A stretch of DNA of 62,894 nt from a virus (lineage: Duplodnaviria; Caudoviricetes), in IMG/VR virus record IMGVR_UViG_3300023283_000096, positions 1 to 62,894 of that record, one strand, 5' to 3'. The translations under genes and the position numbers were made by a program. The notes under the pieces are model-generated. The model did no database searches. It was not told the origin of the DNA and was given only the letters and a program-made list of their open reading frames with translations. Of the stretch, positions 8,728-19,618 are shown piece by piece (the first letter of the stretch is position 1; the number at the start of each line of letters is the position of its first letter).

Positions 8728-9100
8728 GGCGTCAACGGTTTTTGCTGATTATGAGGTCGAAGAAGATCCGGCGGCTGTACAGGCGCTGGAGCTACCGGCG
8801 CTGCACGAGGTAGAAATGCGCGGCGACGAGGTGGTCATGACTTCCGAAGCGTTCAACGCGCTGAGGGAGTTCGAGGAGGCCGCGCACACTAACACCGAGG
8901 CGCTCAAAGAACTGTCAGCAGCTCATTGGCGCAAGGAACGAGAGGTGTTTTTCTTGGTCATGACGGGCCGGCAGGTCGAGCAGGAGTCGGCGCTGTTTCG
9001 CCAGATGTACCTGAACGAAGCCCAGCAGTGCCACTACTATCGTTTTGGTGCCTATGGCGCTGGTGGGCTCGTTTTATTGTTTGCAGGGTTAGCAATTTGA
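8663..9100 (+). CDS. Spanin-like lipoprotein with C-terminal hydrophobic segment
   Basis: AGGAG RBS; MKIWLSALMILIAGC lipobox; ends [18 protein letters not shown]. Confidence 0.6.
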   Translation: MKIWLSALMILIAGCANVEVREASTVFADYEVEEDPAAVQALELPALHEVEMRGDEVVMTSEAFNALREFEEAAHTNTEALKELSAAHWRKEREVFFLVMTGRQVEQESALFRQMYLNEAQQCHYYRFGAYGAGGLVLLFAGLAI

Positions 9101-9571
9101 GAGCACATGAGCTGGCAGAAACTGAATCGGCACGAGCCCGGCGGCTGAAGGCCATCGAGGCCGTCGCTGTCATGGGCATGACCCATAAAGAAGCTGCTGA
9201 GCACACAGGTCTGTCGTGCTCGGCAATCCGATCGTTAATGAGTCAACCGAAGGTCAAACAGTATGTCGCCGAGATCCAGGAAGAGCACGCACAGAAGCTC
9301 AACGTCTCTCGAGAACAGGTCATCGAGGGCATGCTGCAGGCCATCCAGGACGCTCGGATGCTCGGTGAGCCAGCTTCGCAGATCCGGGGCTGGGAGCAGA
9401 TTGCCAAAATGCAGGGCTACTATGCTCCTGAGAGGCGAGTACTTGAACTACCCGACGACGCCCGTGAATTCATCGATGCCATGCAGTCTCTGGACACTGC
9501 AGAAGTCGCCCGGATTGCAGGGCAGAACAACCTCATTGAACTGACTGACGACGACTGGCAAGAGGTTAACA

Positions 9572-9579
<8 letters not shown>
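9097..9579 (+). CDS. terS: Terminase small subunit
   Basis: HTH-like N-terminus ([12 protein letters not shown]), VSREQVIEG...IAKMQGYY; directly before terL; start uncertain (TTG 9097). Confidence 0.65.
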
Positions 9580-11451
<1,872 letters not shown>

Positions 11452-11455
<4 letters not shown>

Positions 11456-13695
11456 CGACCAGCAATGACAAAACCCCGTTGGGGAAAGCAAACAAGAACC
11501 GCGAGCGCTTTGTGTATGCGAAAGACCGCGGGCACGATAAATTCATCGATAAGTACAACATTTGCGACAAGTTCGCCTTCCCGTTCGTTGACGGCTACCG
11601 ATCGGGCCAGTGGGAAGACAAGGACCTGAAGTTTCTTCAGGAAGTAAATCGCCCAGCGCTGACGATTAACAAGATCAAGCCTGTCATTCTCACAATGCTG
11701 GGCGAGTATATTCGTAATCGTGCGGAGATCAAGTTCATACCAGCAACCGGCGGGACGCCGCAGATCGCTGAGGCAATAACCAAGCTTGATATTCATATCT
11801 CCAAGGAGCAGAAGCTGCGCCGCAAGGAGCTAACGCTGGTGCTCGAAGGGCTGATTTGTTCCAGGGCCTATTATGACGTTCGGATCGATTTCGACGATAA
11901 TTTCCGCGGGGAAGTCCGCGTAGATGTTCCGAATGCCAAGAATGTCATTCCGGACCCGGATTCCGACTCAGACGATCCCGACGACTGGAACGACGTGATC
12001 CTGGTCTCGCACCAGACGATCCAGGATATCGAGCAGAACTACGGGCGGGCCAAGGCCAACAAGGTCAAGGATTTTGGGGAGACAATCACCACGGCTGACC
12101 GGGATGAGGATTTTGACGAGCCAAATTCCTTTGGTGACCGCGAGACGCACGAAGGAACGAATGCGCATCTCGCGGACGAATCAACTCGCAAACTGTATTT
12201 CGTGATTGAGCGGCAGTACCGGTCGCTGGAGAATACCGACTTTTTTGTCAATCAGGTCACTGGAGACGAACGCCGGGTGCCAGTCGACTGGGAGCAGGAT
12301 GATATTGACGAGGTACTGGCCTCCGACGAGAACATCCAGGTGGAGCGCAAGCGTGCGCAGGTGATCCGCTGGACCGTATCGACGGGCTCGGTGCTGCTAC
12401 ACGATGCGGTTAGCCCTTACGATGCATTTACCATCGTACCGTTCTTCCCGATGTTTTTCCGTGGTAAGACGCTCGGCCCCGTGGAGGATATGATTGATCC
12501 CCAGCGCAACTACAACAAGCTGCGTAGCCAGGAACTCCATATTGTCAATGGTACGGCCAATTCCGGGTGGAAGGTCAAACAAGGCGCCTTGAAGAACATG
12601 AGGACCGAGGATCTGGCGACCGAAGGATCCAAGACCGGCGTCGTGTTCGAGCTCGACGAGCTCGACAATATTGAGCGGATCGATCCGACGCAGATTCCGC
12701 AGGGACTTGACCGTATCTCGTCCAAGGCTGACTCCGATATTGGTACGGTCTCGGGCATCCAGGATGAGGCCCGTGGGATTGCGCGCGCGGACGTGGCCGG
12801 CAAAGCGATCGACGCACGTCAGCAGGCAGTTTCCCAGTCGTTCGCGCCATACATGGAGTCCCTGATCTTCACCCGGGAGAAGCTACACAGTCGGATACTC
12901 AAGCTGGTGCAGAAGTATTACGACGATGAGCGTACGCTGGTGATCACGACAGGCGGCTTGAACCCGCAGACCGAAACGCTGGATGTGAATACGCCAGATC
13001 CCGAGACGGGCGAGATCCAGAATGATTTGACGTTAGGCGAGTACGAGGTGGCCATTACTTCGACTGCTCAGCGGGATTCGCACCAGAACGCCCAGTTCGA
13101 AGAGCTCAAGGAGATGCAGGAGCAGGGCATTCCGATTCCGCCGCACATGTTCCTAGAAAACTCTTCGCTGGATCGTAAAGAAGAGCTGGCTGAAGAACTG
13201 CGCGCCGCGGCGGGCACGGCCACGCCTTCGGAAGAAGAACGCCAGCTCCAGCTTGAGCAGCAGCAGCTGGAAATGGAAGAGCAGCGCGCGCAGATTGCTG
13301 CGCGCCGGGCAGCAGCAGCGCTGTCGCAGGCCCGGGCACAGAAGGTGCTCAGTGAGATCGAGAAGGGCGACCTGGACGAGACCAAGATCGATGAGCTGCT
13401 GCTCAAGGCGCGCAGCCTCGACAATGAGCGTGCGCGTGACGAGCAGTCCATGGAGATTCGCCGCAGGGCACAGACGGCTCAGGAGTTCCAGCTGCTCGAG
13501 GAGCTCGACTTGAAGCGCCGGGAACTTGAGCAGGCCATACAGGATCGTAGACAACAGGAGACAGGAAATGCCACAGAAGACACGCAGACGCCGGGACGGG
13601 ATTCCCGAGGAACTCAGAATAGAGAGCGACGCACGGGCGCTGAAACAGGCGGCGGAGGTTCTAGGCAGCAAAACCCGCCTGCAGAAAGCTCGTAA
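11452..13695 (+). CDS. Portal protein (P22-like, long C-terminal coiled coil)
   Basis: [26 protein letters not shown] and LTLGEYEV motifs; follows terL. Confidence 0.9.
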
Positions 13696-13762
13696 GTACC
13701 TTGCCGATGAGGCCAAGGAAGCGGAGACGACACTTAAAAACATTGACGGACTGAGGAAGTAA
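13568..13762 (+). CDS. Small basic protein overlapping the portal 3' end
   Basis: AGGAG/AGGA RBS, 64 aa, ends 2 nt before the scaffold start. Confidence 0.55.
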   Translation: MPQKTRRRRDGIPEELRIESDARALKQAAEVLGSKTRLQKARKYLADEAKEAETTLKNIDGLRK

Positions 13763-13764
13763 AC

Positions 13765-14862
13765 ATGCCTTTGAAAGCAGAAGATTTGCAGGATCTCGAC
13801 AGCCTCGACCCTGATGATTTTGACGATTCCCTTGATACGGACGAGAACCGCGGCGACGTGGTCGATCCGAATTCAGACGGAGAATCAAACGAGGCTGACG
13901 AGGTTGACGAGGCTGAGGAAACTGGCGAGGTCGAGGAAACTGACGAGGCCGAGGAAACCGATGCAACTGACGAGGAAGACGACGATGAATCAGACGACGA
14001 ATCAGACGACGAATCAGACGACGACACTGAAGATGGTGGGGAATCCGGCGAGGAAACCGACGAGAACGCCGACGCGGAAACCGACGAAGAGGCCGACGAA
14101 ACCGCGCAAGCTGACGATGGCCCCGCCGATGACCCGAGGATTCCGAAATCCCGTTTCGATTCTGTAAATGCGCGTCGCAAGGAGGCTGAGCGCCAGCTTG
14201 CTCAGCTCCAGGCCCAGGTCGATCGTACTGGCGAGTCCAGCAAGCGTACTGACCGTATGTCGGAGATCCAGACCGAGCTCAGCGAACTGGATGACAAGAT
14301 CAATGATGCGATTCTCGATTCCGACGCCGAGGCACTGAAAAAGTTACGCGCACAGGAGCGCGCGTTAAGTAACGAGGCGCTTCAGTTCCAGTTGCAGAGT
14401 GCTACGGCTCAGGCTGCTGAGGAGGCGAAGTACAACGCCCTCCTGGACCGCGTCGAGGCAGATTACCCGGAGTATAACCCTGACCACGACAACTACAACG
14501 AGGAGATGGTCACCGAGACCTTGCGTCTGCAGCAGGCGCTGATGGCCAGTGGTAACTCGAAGAACGAGGCCCTGCTCGAAGCGATTGATCTGATTCGCCC
14601 TCGGTTTGTCGAGACGCAGGACCAGGGCAAAGCTTCACTGCGCGATGGCCCGGAAAAGACCAAGACGCCAAAACGAGATACCAAGACCAACACGAAGCGC
14701 AACAAGAAGGCCGCCAAGTCACAGCCGGCAAGTACGGCGTCGAGGTCGTCGAAGCTCGAGAGTACCGAAGACATTGACTTCGACAATCTGCACCAGCCGG
14801 AAGATCTTGACAAGCTGGATGAGAAGACACTGGCACGGCTGAGCGGGGATTTCGTAGATTGA
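13765..14862 (+). CDS. Capsid scaffolding protein
   Basis: Very acidic N-terminus, IPKSRFDSVN motif, coiled coil; between portal and MCP. Confidence 0.8.
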   Translation: MPLKAEDLQDLDSLDPDDFDDSLDTDENRGDVVDPNSDGESNEADEVDEAEETGEVEETDEAEETDATDEEDDDESDDESDDESDDDTEDGGESGEETDENADAETDEEADETAQADDGPADDPRIPKSRFDSVNARRKEAERQLAQLQAQVDRTGESSKRTDRMSEIQTELSELDDKINDAILDSDAEALKKLRAQERALSNEALQFQLQSATAQAAEEAKYNALLDRVEADYPEYNPDHDNYNEEMVTETLRLQQALMASGNSKNEALLEAIDLIRPRFVETQDQGKASLRDGPEKTKTPKRDTKTNTKRNKKAAKSQPASTASRSSKLESTEDIDFDNLHQPEDLDKLDEKTLARLSGDFVD

Positions 14863-14871
14863 AACGTGTGG

Positions 14872-14901
14872 TTGACAGGTACGGGCTGAGTATCATATAC
14901 T
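14872..14901 (+). promoter_or_regulatory. Sigma70-type promoter for the capsid gene
   Basis: TTGACA-18 nt-TATACT. Confidence 0.7.
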
Positions 14902-15040
14902 CGACCCGTAACCGTTCTCTGGCTACGAGAAAGCCAGGCCGAGTGCAGACTCGGAGACCAAAACTGGATTTCGCTCGTCAAGCGCGATAGCTGACACAGG
15001 TGCATGACAATTTGTTATCTAACGCAATAGGAGAAGGCCC

Positions 15041-16147
15041 ATGCCTCTTACTAATTTTGCGGCCCTGAGCGACGAGCAGATCCTAATTCGGTCAATGCGT
15101 CTGTGGAAGGCCGCGCGCAAGAAGTCCTTCGTTGCTCGATTCGAAGGCACTACGTCTGAGTCGATGATCCAGCGGATTACCGAGCTCAAGCAGTCCGAGA
15201 AAGGCACTCGTGCGCTGATTACGCTTGTTCACGACCTCGAGGGCGACGGCACTGCTGGTGACCGCTTCCTGGAGGGCAACGAAGAAGCCATGATCAGCTC
15301 CGAGCAGGAAATCGAAGTCGATATGCTCCGCCACGCTGTCCGGCACAAAGGCCGCATGGCAGACCAGAAGTCGATCGTCAATTTCCGCAACGAGGGCAAC
15401 GACAAGCTGTCGTATTGGCTGGCGAATCGCTGGGATCAGATGGCGTTCCTGCATTTGTCGGGTGTATCTTACGCCTTCCACAACAACTTGGCGCCTCGAG
15501 ACAGTTCGCAGCTGCCACTGTTGGGATTCGCAGGCGATGCCAGCAAGCCTCTGACGGCGGGCCGGCATAAGCGCTGGGACGGCGCAGGTCTGGTTGCTGC
15601 AGATACGAGCGCCGTGGCTGCAGCGCATACGCCTACCTACGATATGCTGATCGAGATGCAGACGGCGGCGCAGAATGCGCAGATTCGCCCGATCCGCACC
15701 ACTGATGGTATCGAGCACTTCAATGTGTTCATGACGCCTGACGGGATCAAGCATCTCAAGAAAGACGAGGCATTTCGTGAGGCTTACCAGAACGCACTTC
15801 CGCGGTCCGAGAACAACCCGCTGTTTAAGGGTACTAACGTAATCATGCTTGACGGTCTGGCGATTTTCCCATTCCGTGACGTAATCAATACGAAGGGCGC
15901 TGCTGCTGGCAGCAAGTGGGGCAGTAGCGGTAACGTTGATGGTCAGCGTGTGTTGCTCTGCGGTGCTCAGGCACTTGCCAAAGCCGACATTGGCCCCCCG
16001 CGGTGGGTCGAGAAGGAATTCGATTTCGACAACCAACCGGCAATTTCAGCAGGCAAGATTTCTGGCTACTTGCGCCCGCAATTCAAGGGCGTGGATACCG
16101 GAAATGTTGAGGATTTCTCGCTGATCGCTGTTGATACGGCTATTTAA
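15041..16147 (+). CDS. Major capsid protein (N4 gp56-like/DUF4043)
   Basis: LEGDGTAGDRFLEGNEEAM, NPLFKG and LLCGAQALA motifs; 368 aa; AGGAG RBS. Confidence 0.9.
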   Translation: MPLTNFAALSDEQILIRSMRLWKAARKKSFVARFEGTTSESMIQRITELKQSEKGTRALITLVHDLEGDGTAGDRFLEGNEEAMISSEQEIEVDMLRHAVRHKGRMADQKSIVNFRNEGNDKLSYWLANRWDQMAFLHLSGVSYAFHNNLAPRDSSQLPLLGFAGDASKPLTAGRHKRWDGAGLVAADTSAVAAAHTPTYDMLIEMQTAAQNAQIRPIRTTDGIEHFNVFMTPDGIKHLKKDEAFREAYQNALPRSENNPLFKGTNVIMLDGLAIFPFRDVINTKGAAAGSKWGSSGNVDGQRVLLCGAQALAKADIGPPRWVEKEFDFDNQPAISAGKISGYLRPQFKGVDTGNVEDFSLIAVDTAI

Positions 16148-16160
16148 GGAGGTACTTGAA

Positions 16161-16556
16161 ATGGCTATTACGAAAAGTGACGCACGACAGTGGCCGCTGG
16201 CTGAGATTATCCGGATCACCTATGCTGATCTCGATGCTTCGGCGCCGGTGCCGCTGGCCGATTTGGCAGGTGGTGAGATGGTCACCGGTGGGTCTGTTAC
16301 GGTTGTGACGCCGTGGGACTCCGGTACCTCGGCTACGCTCGATCTCGGTGACGCAGACGACGACGATCGGTATACCAGTACTGCGATCGATCTGGCGACT
16401 GCGGGCCGCACTGCGCTGACCCTTACAGGCGACGTACAGTCGGTCCATACCGAGCTCTTGGCCACCCTGGCCGAATCCGGCACGGCTGCGACGGCGGGTG
16501 AAGCGGTTCTCGAATTCACTGTGATTCGCGAAGGTCGCCAATCCGAAGTTGCATAA
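16161..16556 (+). CDS. Capsid decoration/cement protein
   Basis: Directly after MCP, AAGGAGG RBS, VVTPWDSGTSATLDLGD. Confidence 0.65.
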   Translation: MAITKSDARQWPLAEIIRITYADLDASAPVPLADLAGGEMVTGGSVTVVTPWDSGTSATLDLGDADDDDRYTSTAIDLATAGRTALTLTGDVQSVHTELLATLAESGTAATAGEAVLEFTVIREGRQSEVA

Positions 16557-16563
16557 CCCAGCT

Positions 16564-16590
16564 AGGGCCGGAGTTCTATGCTCCGGCCCT
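16564..16590 (+). terminator. Hairpin terminator/stabiliser after the capsid genes
   Basis: AGGGCCGGAG-TTCTATG-CTCCGGCCCT 10-bp stem, weak U tail. Confidence 0.55.
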
Positions 16591-16608
16591 TCAACTTGAG
16601 GAGAAATC

Positions 16609-17139
16609 ATGAGAGTAAAAAGCGCGATGATGGTGGCCCCTGGCAATTTCACAGTAACCTCTGATAGCGGCCACACGATCCGATTCGAAGCCAACAAACC
16701 TACTTTCGTTCCGGGCATTATGGTCCGTCTGTGCAGGCAGTACGGCTGCGTGGAGAAGCAACGGTTCAAGGATACGGAGCAGGAATACCCGTCCTATGCA
16801 GCCAACGTTACTGGCGGTCTGCACGCAGTCCCGAATACCCCGGATATGGAGGCTATCGAAGAAGTCACGGTGGCGTCTCTCCAGGAAGAACAGGAGGCTG
16901 AGCCGGAAAGCGAGCGCTATACGGCGAAGGAAAACCGGATTCGCGGTGTGATCAACAGTCTGGTGAGCACCGGAGACGAGCGCGCTTTTACAGACGAAGG
17001 TGTCCCGAAAGTCGGTGTGATCAACAAGGGGCTTCAGGATTTCACGATCTCGGCTGACACGCGCAATGAGGTCTGGGCCAAGATGAATCGCTTCGGCGAG
17101 ATTCCGGACGATTGGTACGCGGAAGACGAAGATGGCTGA
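16609..17139 (+). CDS. Hypothetical morphogenesis protein
   Basis: GAGGAG RBS; AFTDEGVPKV motif; between head and adaptor genes. Confidence 0.65.
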   Translation: MRVKSAMMVAPGNFTVTSDSGHTIRFEANKPTFVPGIMVRLCRQYGCVEKQRFKDTEQEYPSYAANVTGGLHAVPNTPDMEAIEEVTVASLQEEQEAEPESERYTAKENRIRGVINSLVSTGDERAFTDEGVPKVGVINKGLQDFTISADTRNEVWAKMNRFGEIPDDWYAEDEDG

Positions 17140-17833
17140 TCCTGAGCTGGAGTGGCTGAAAGAGCGGTTCCGCGCCGCCGTCGATGACATCGACCTTGAC
17201 CCGACTGACCAGTCGGGTCTTCTCTGGTCTGACACCGACATCCTTGAGTACATCGACGCTGCCCACGCGCAGTTCATCCACGACACGCTGTACCGCCACG
17301 AGCTGCTCAATCTGACCGTTGTCGCAGAAGATCCGATCATACCGCTACCCGATAAGGTCATCGAGCTGCGCGGTACTAGCGCTTACATCGTGTCCTCTGG
17401 TCGGCAGATTTCAGAGATAAATCTTGAAAGCACCGCCGTTACTCAGGATGACTACGGTGCTACCATTGGCGTTAACCCCTTTGCTACTCAACCGCCAGGC
17501 GAACCCAGGGCGTTCTCTCTCGATATCGAAAACGATGAGATTCGACTGTTCCCGGCGTCGGACAAGAATGACACACTTCAGGTACCGGCTTACCTGGAGG
17601 CCAAGCAGATCTACGACTGGAACACACCACTGGATATCAAGAACAAGCGCCACATCCGGATGCTGCTCAACGGTATCCGCGCGCGGGCTTTCGCTAAGCA
17701 GGACGCTGACGCTTTCGATCCAAGCCAGCAGCGCGAGTGGCAGGAAGCCTTCGAGCGCGATATCCAGAGTGTAATGGGCGAACGCCGGATGCGGGCTCGC
17801 CGGCCTCAGACGATCCGGTATGGGGGTCTGTGA
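17132..17833 (+). CDS. Head-tail adaptor protein
   Basis: LWSDTDILEYIDAA...AFAKQDADAFDP; position. Confidence 0.6.
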   Translation: MADPELEWLKERFRAAVDDIDLDPTDQSGLLWSDTDILEYIDAAHAQFIHDTLYRHELLNLTVVAEDPIIPLPDKVIELRGTSAYIVSSGRQISEINLESTAVTQDDYGATIGVNPFATQPPGEPRAFSLDIENDEIRLFPASDKNDTLQVPAYLEAKQIYDWNTPLDIKNKRHIRMLLNGIRARAFAKQDADAFDPSQQREWQEAFERDIQSVMGERRMRARRPQTIRYGGL

Positions 17834-19101
17834 TGCCTGATTTCAGGTTTCCAGGCTGGCCCGGCGGTGTAAACAACGTCTTCCGCGCCGACAACCTACC
17901 CCGCGAGCAGCTTCGTGAGGCGCTCAACGTAGACATCCTCGAGCGCGGCGATGTTCGGCGCCGGCCTGGTTATACTAAGCGTTTGACGTTGGCTGACGCC
18001 AGAGGACTGTACGGTTTTTCGGGGAAACTGTTTTGTGCTCACGGCGGGGATTTAGCGCGCGTCGAGCCCACGGATTGGAGCTTCGAAGATGTTGCCTCGA
18101 TCAACCCGGTAGCGGATATTGACTACACTGAGCTTAATAGTGAGCTATATGCTTCGGATGGAGAAGCTATTTTCAGGTTCGGTAGAGACGCAGGGTTTGA
18201 ACCTTTCGGTGTGGAAACTCCAAATGGTCGGCCGACGCTATCAGCGCTGTCAGTAGGTAATTTGCCCGCTGGTACTTACCAGGTGGCTGTGACTTTCGAG
18301 CAGAACGACGTTGAGTCGGGTGCCTGTCTGGCACAAACAATAGCATTAGATGCAAAAGGCAGCGTAGAAGTCTCGAATATCCCGCAGCCCGCTCAGGCTG
18401 ATGTAATCCGCATTTATATGACAAACACGAACGCCGAGCAGCTGTTGTCCGCAAGTTCCGTTGTTGCTGGGACTACGAGCAGAGTTGTTAGTAACTTGCC
18501 ACGAGGTCGGGAGTTGAGTACTCAATTCAGGGATACGCTTCCCGCCGGCCAGGTCATCCAGGCATTCAATGGCCGGTTGTATTCGGCTAAGGGTGAAAAC
18601 TTGTATGCTTCGGACCCGCTCAATTATTCGTTGTACGACACCGCATACAACCACTTGGCATTCAAGGAGCATATTTATATGCTCAAAGCTGTCAGCGCAG
18701 GTTTGCTGGTAGGTCTTGAATCTTCAGTAGCGCTACTCAGTGGCCAGGATATCAACGAGTTTACGCAGTCGACGGTTCTTTCGTCAGGGCCAGTGCCAGG
18801 AACTGACGTTGCTGTACATGGTAGTAAACTGGACCTCGAAGGTGTGCCAAAAGACGACTACGTTGTCTTCTGGTGGTCTCGAGCTGGTATGCTGTGTATG
18901 GCACTCCCAAGCGGGTCGGTGACTACGCTACGAGAAGCTGAGCTCGCAGTGTCTGAGTTTGAAAAAGGTGCGGCGATGCTCCGCCGAGAAGACGGCGTAA
19001 CGCAGCTGGTGTCAACGATGCTGGGCGAGAAGCGTAAGAACAGGCTAGTCGCATCCGATCAGGTTTCTGCGACTGTAATACGAAACGGAATTCCACAGTA
19101 A
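17833..19101 (+). CDS. Tail nozzle/stabilisation protein
   Basis: LREALNVDI...RRRPGY N-terminus and beta-propeller-like body. Confidence 0.6.
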   Translation: MPDFRFPGWPGGVNNVFRADNLPREQLREALNVDILERGDVRRRPGYTKRLTLADARGLYGFSGKLFCAHGGDLARVEPTDWSFEDVASINPVADIDYTELNSELYASDGEAIFRFGRDAGFEPFGVETPNGRPTLSALSVGNLPAGTYQVAVTFEQNDVESGACLAQTIALDAKGSVEVSNIPQPAQADVIRIYMTNTNAEQLLSASSVVAGTTSRVVSNLPRGRELSTQFRDTLPAGQVIQAFNGRLYSAKGENLYASDPLNYSLYDTAYNHLAFKEHIYMLKAVSAGLLVGLESSVALLSGQDINEFTQSTVLSSGPVPGTDVAVHGSKLDLEGVPKDDYVVFWWSRAGMLCMALPSGSVTTLREAELAVSEFEKGAAMLRREDGVTQLVSTMLGEKRKNRLVASDQVSATVIRNGIPQ

Positions 19102-19111
19102 GAGGTGCGAC

Positions 19112-19618
19112 ATGAAATATCACGATAGTATTCGAGGATTCGGACAGTTTTCGATCTCAGTCAACGGCGGGCCGAAGACTTATACGCAGAACATTATTGT
19201 AGACGAGGGTATTGAGGCGGCTCTGAATATCCTCATTGGCGAGGTGGCTAAAATCAACACTTGGTATATCGCCCCGTTTCTGGGCAACGTAACGCCACAA
19301 GCCGGCTGGACTGCCGCCAACTTTGCCGCTAACTCAACGGAGTTTACGAACTACGTCGAGGGTGCGCGCCCGACGCTGGTCGAGGCGCCCGCATCAGGCG
19401 GCACGATCGGTAACGATGCAAACCTGGGTCTGATTACGGTTGACGCCGACACAGCTGCTCAAGACACGATCTGGGGGCTGGGTCTGCTATCGTCTTCCAC
19501 AAAGGGCGGTGTCAACGGTACGTTGCTGTCTGCGGCCAAGCTGCCGAGCCCACGCTCCAATCTGGTTGAAGGTGACCAGGTTACGCTAGGCTGGAAACTG
19601 TCGCTGACCAATGCCTGA
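19112..19618 (+). CDS. Tail structural protein
   Basis: NIIVDEG...GTLLSAAK pattern; tail cluster. Confidence 0.6.
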   Translation: MKYHDSIRGFGQFSISVNGGPKTYTQNIIVDEGIEAALNILIGEVAKINTWYIAPFLGNVTPQAGWTAANFAANSTEFTNYVEGARPTLVEAPASGGTIGNDANLGLITVDADTAAQDTIWGLGLLSSSTKGGVNGTLLSAAKLPSPRSNLVEGDQVTLGWKLSLTNA

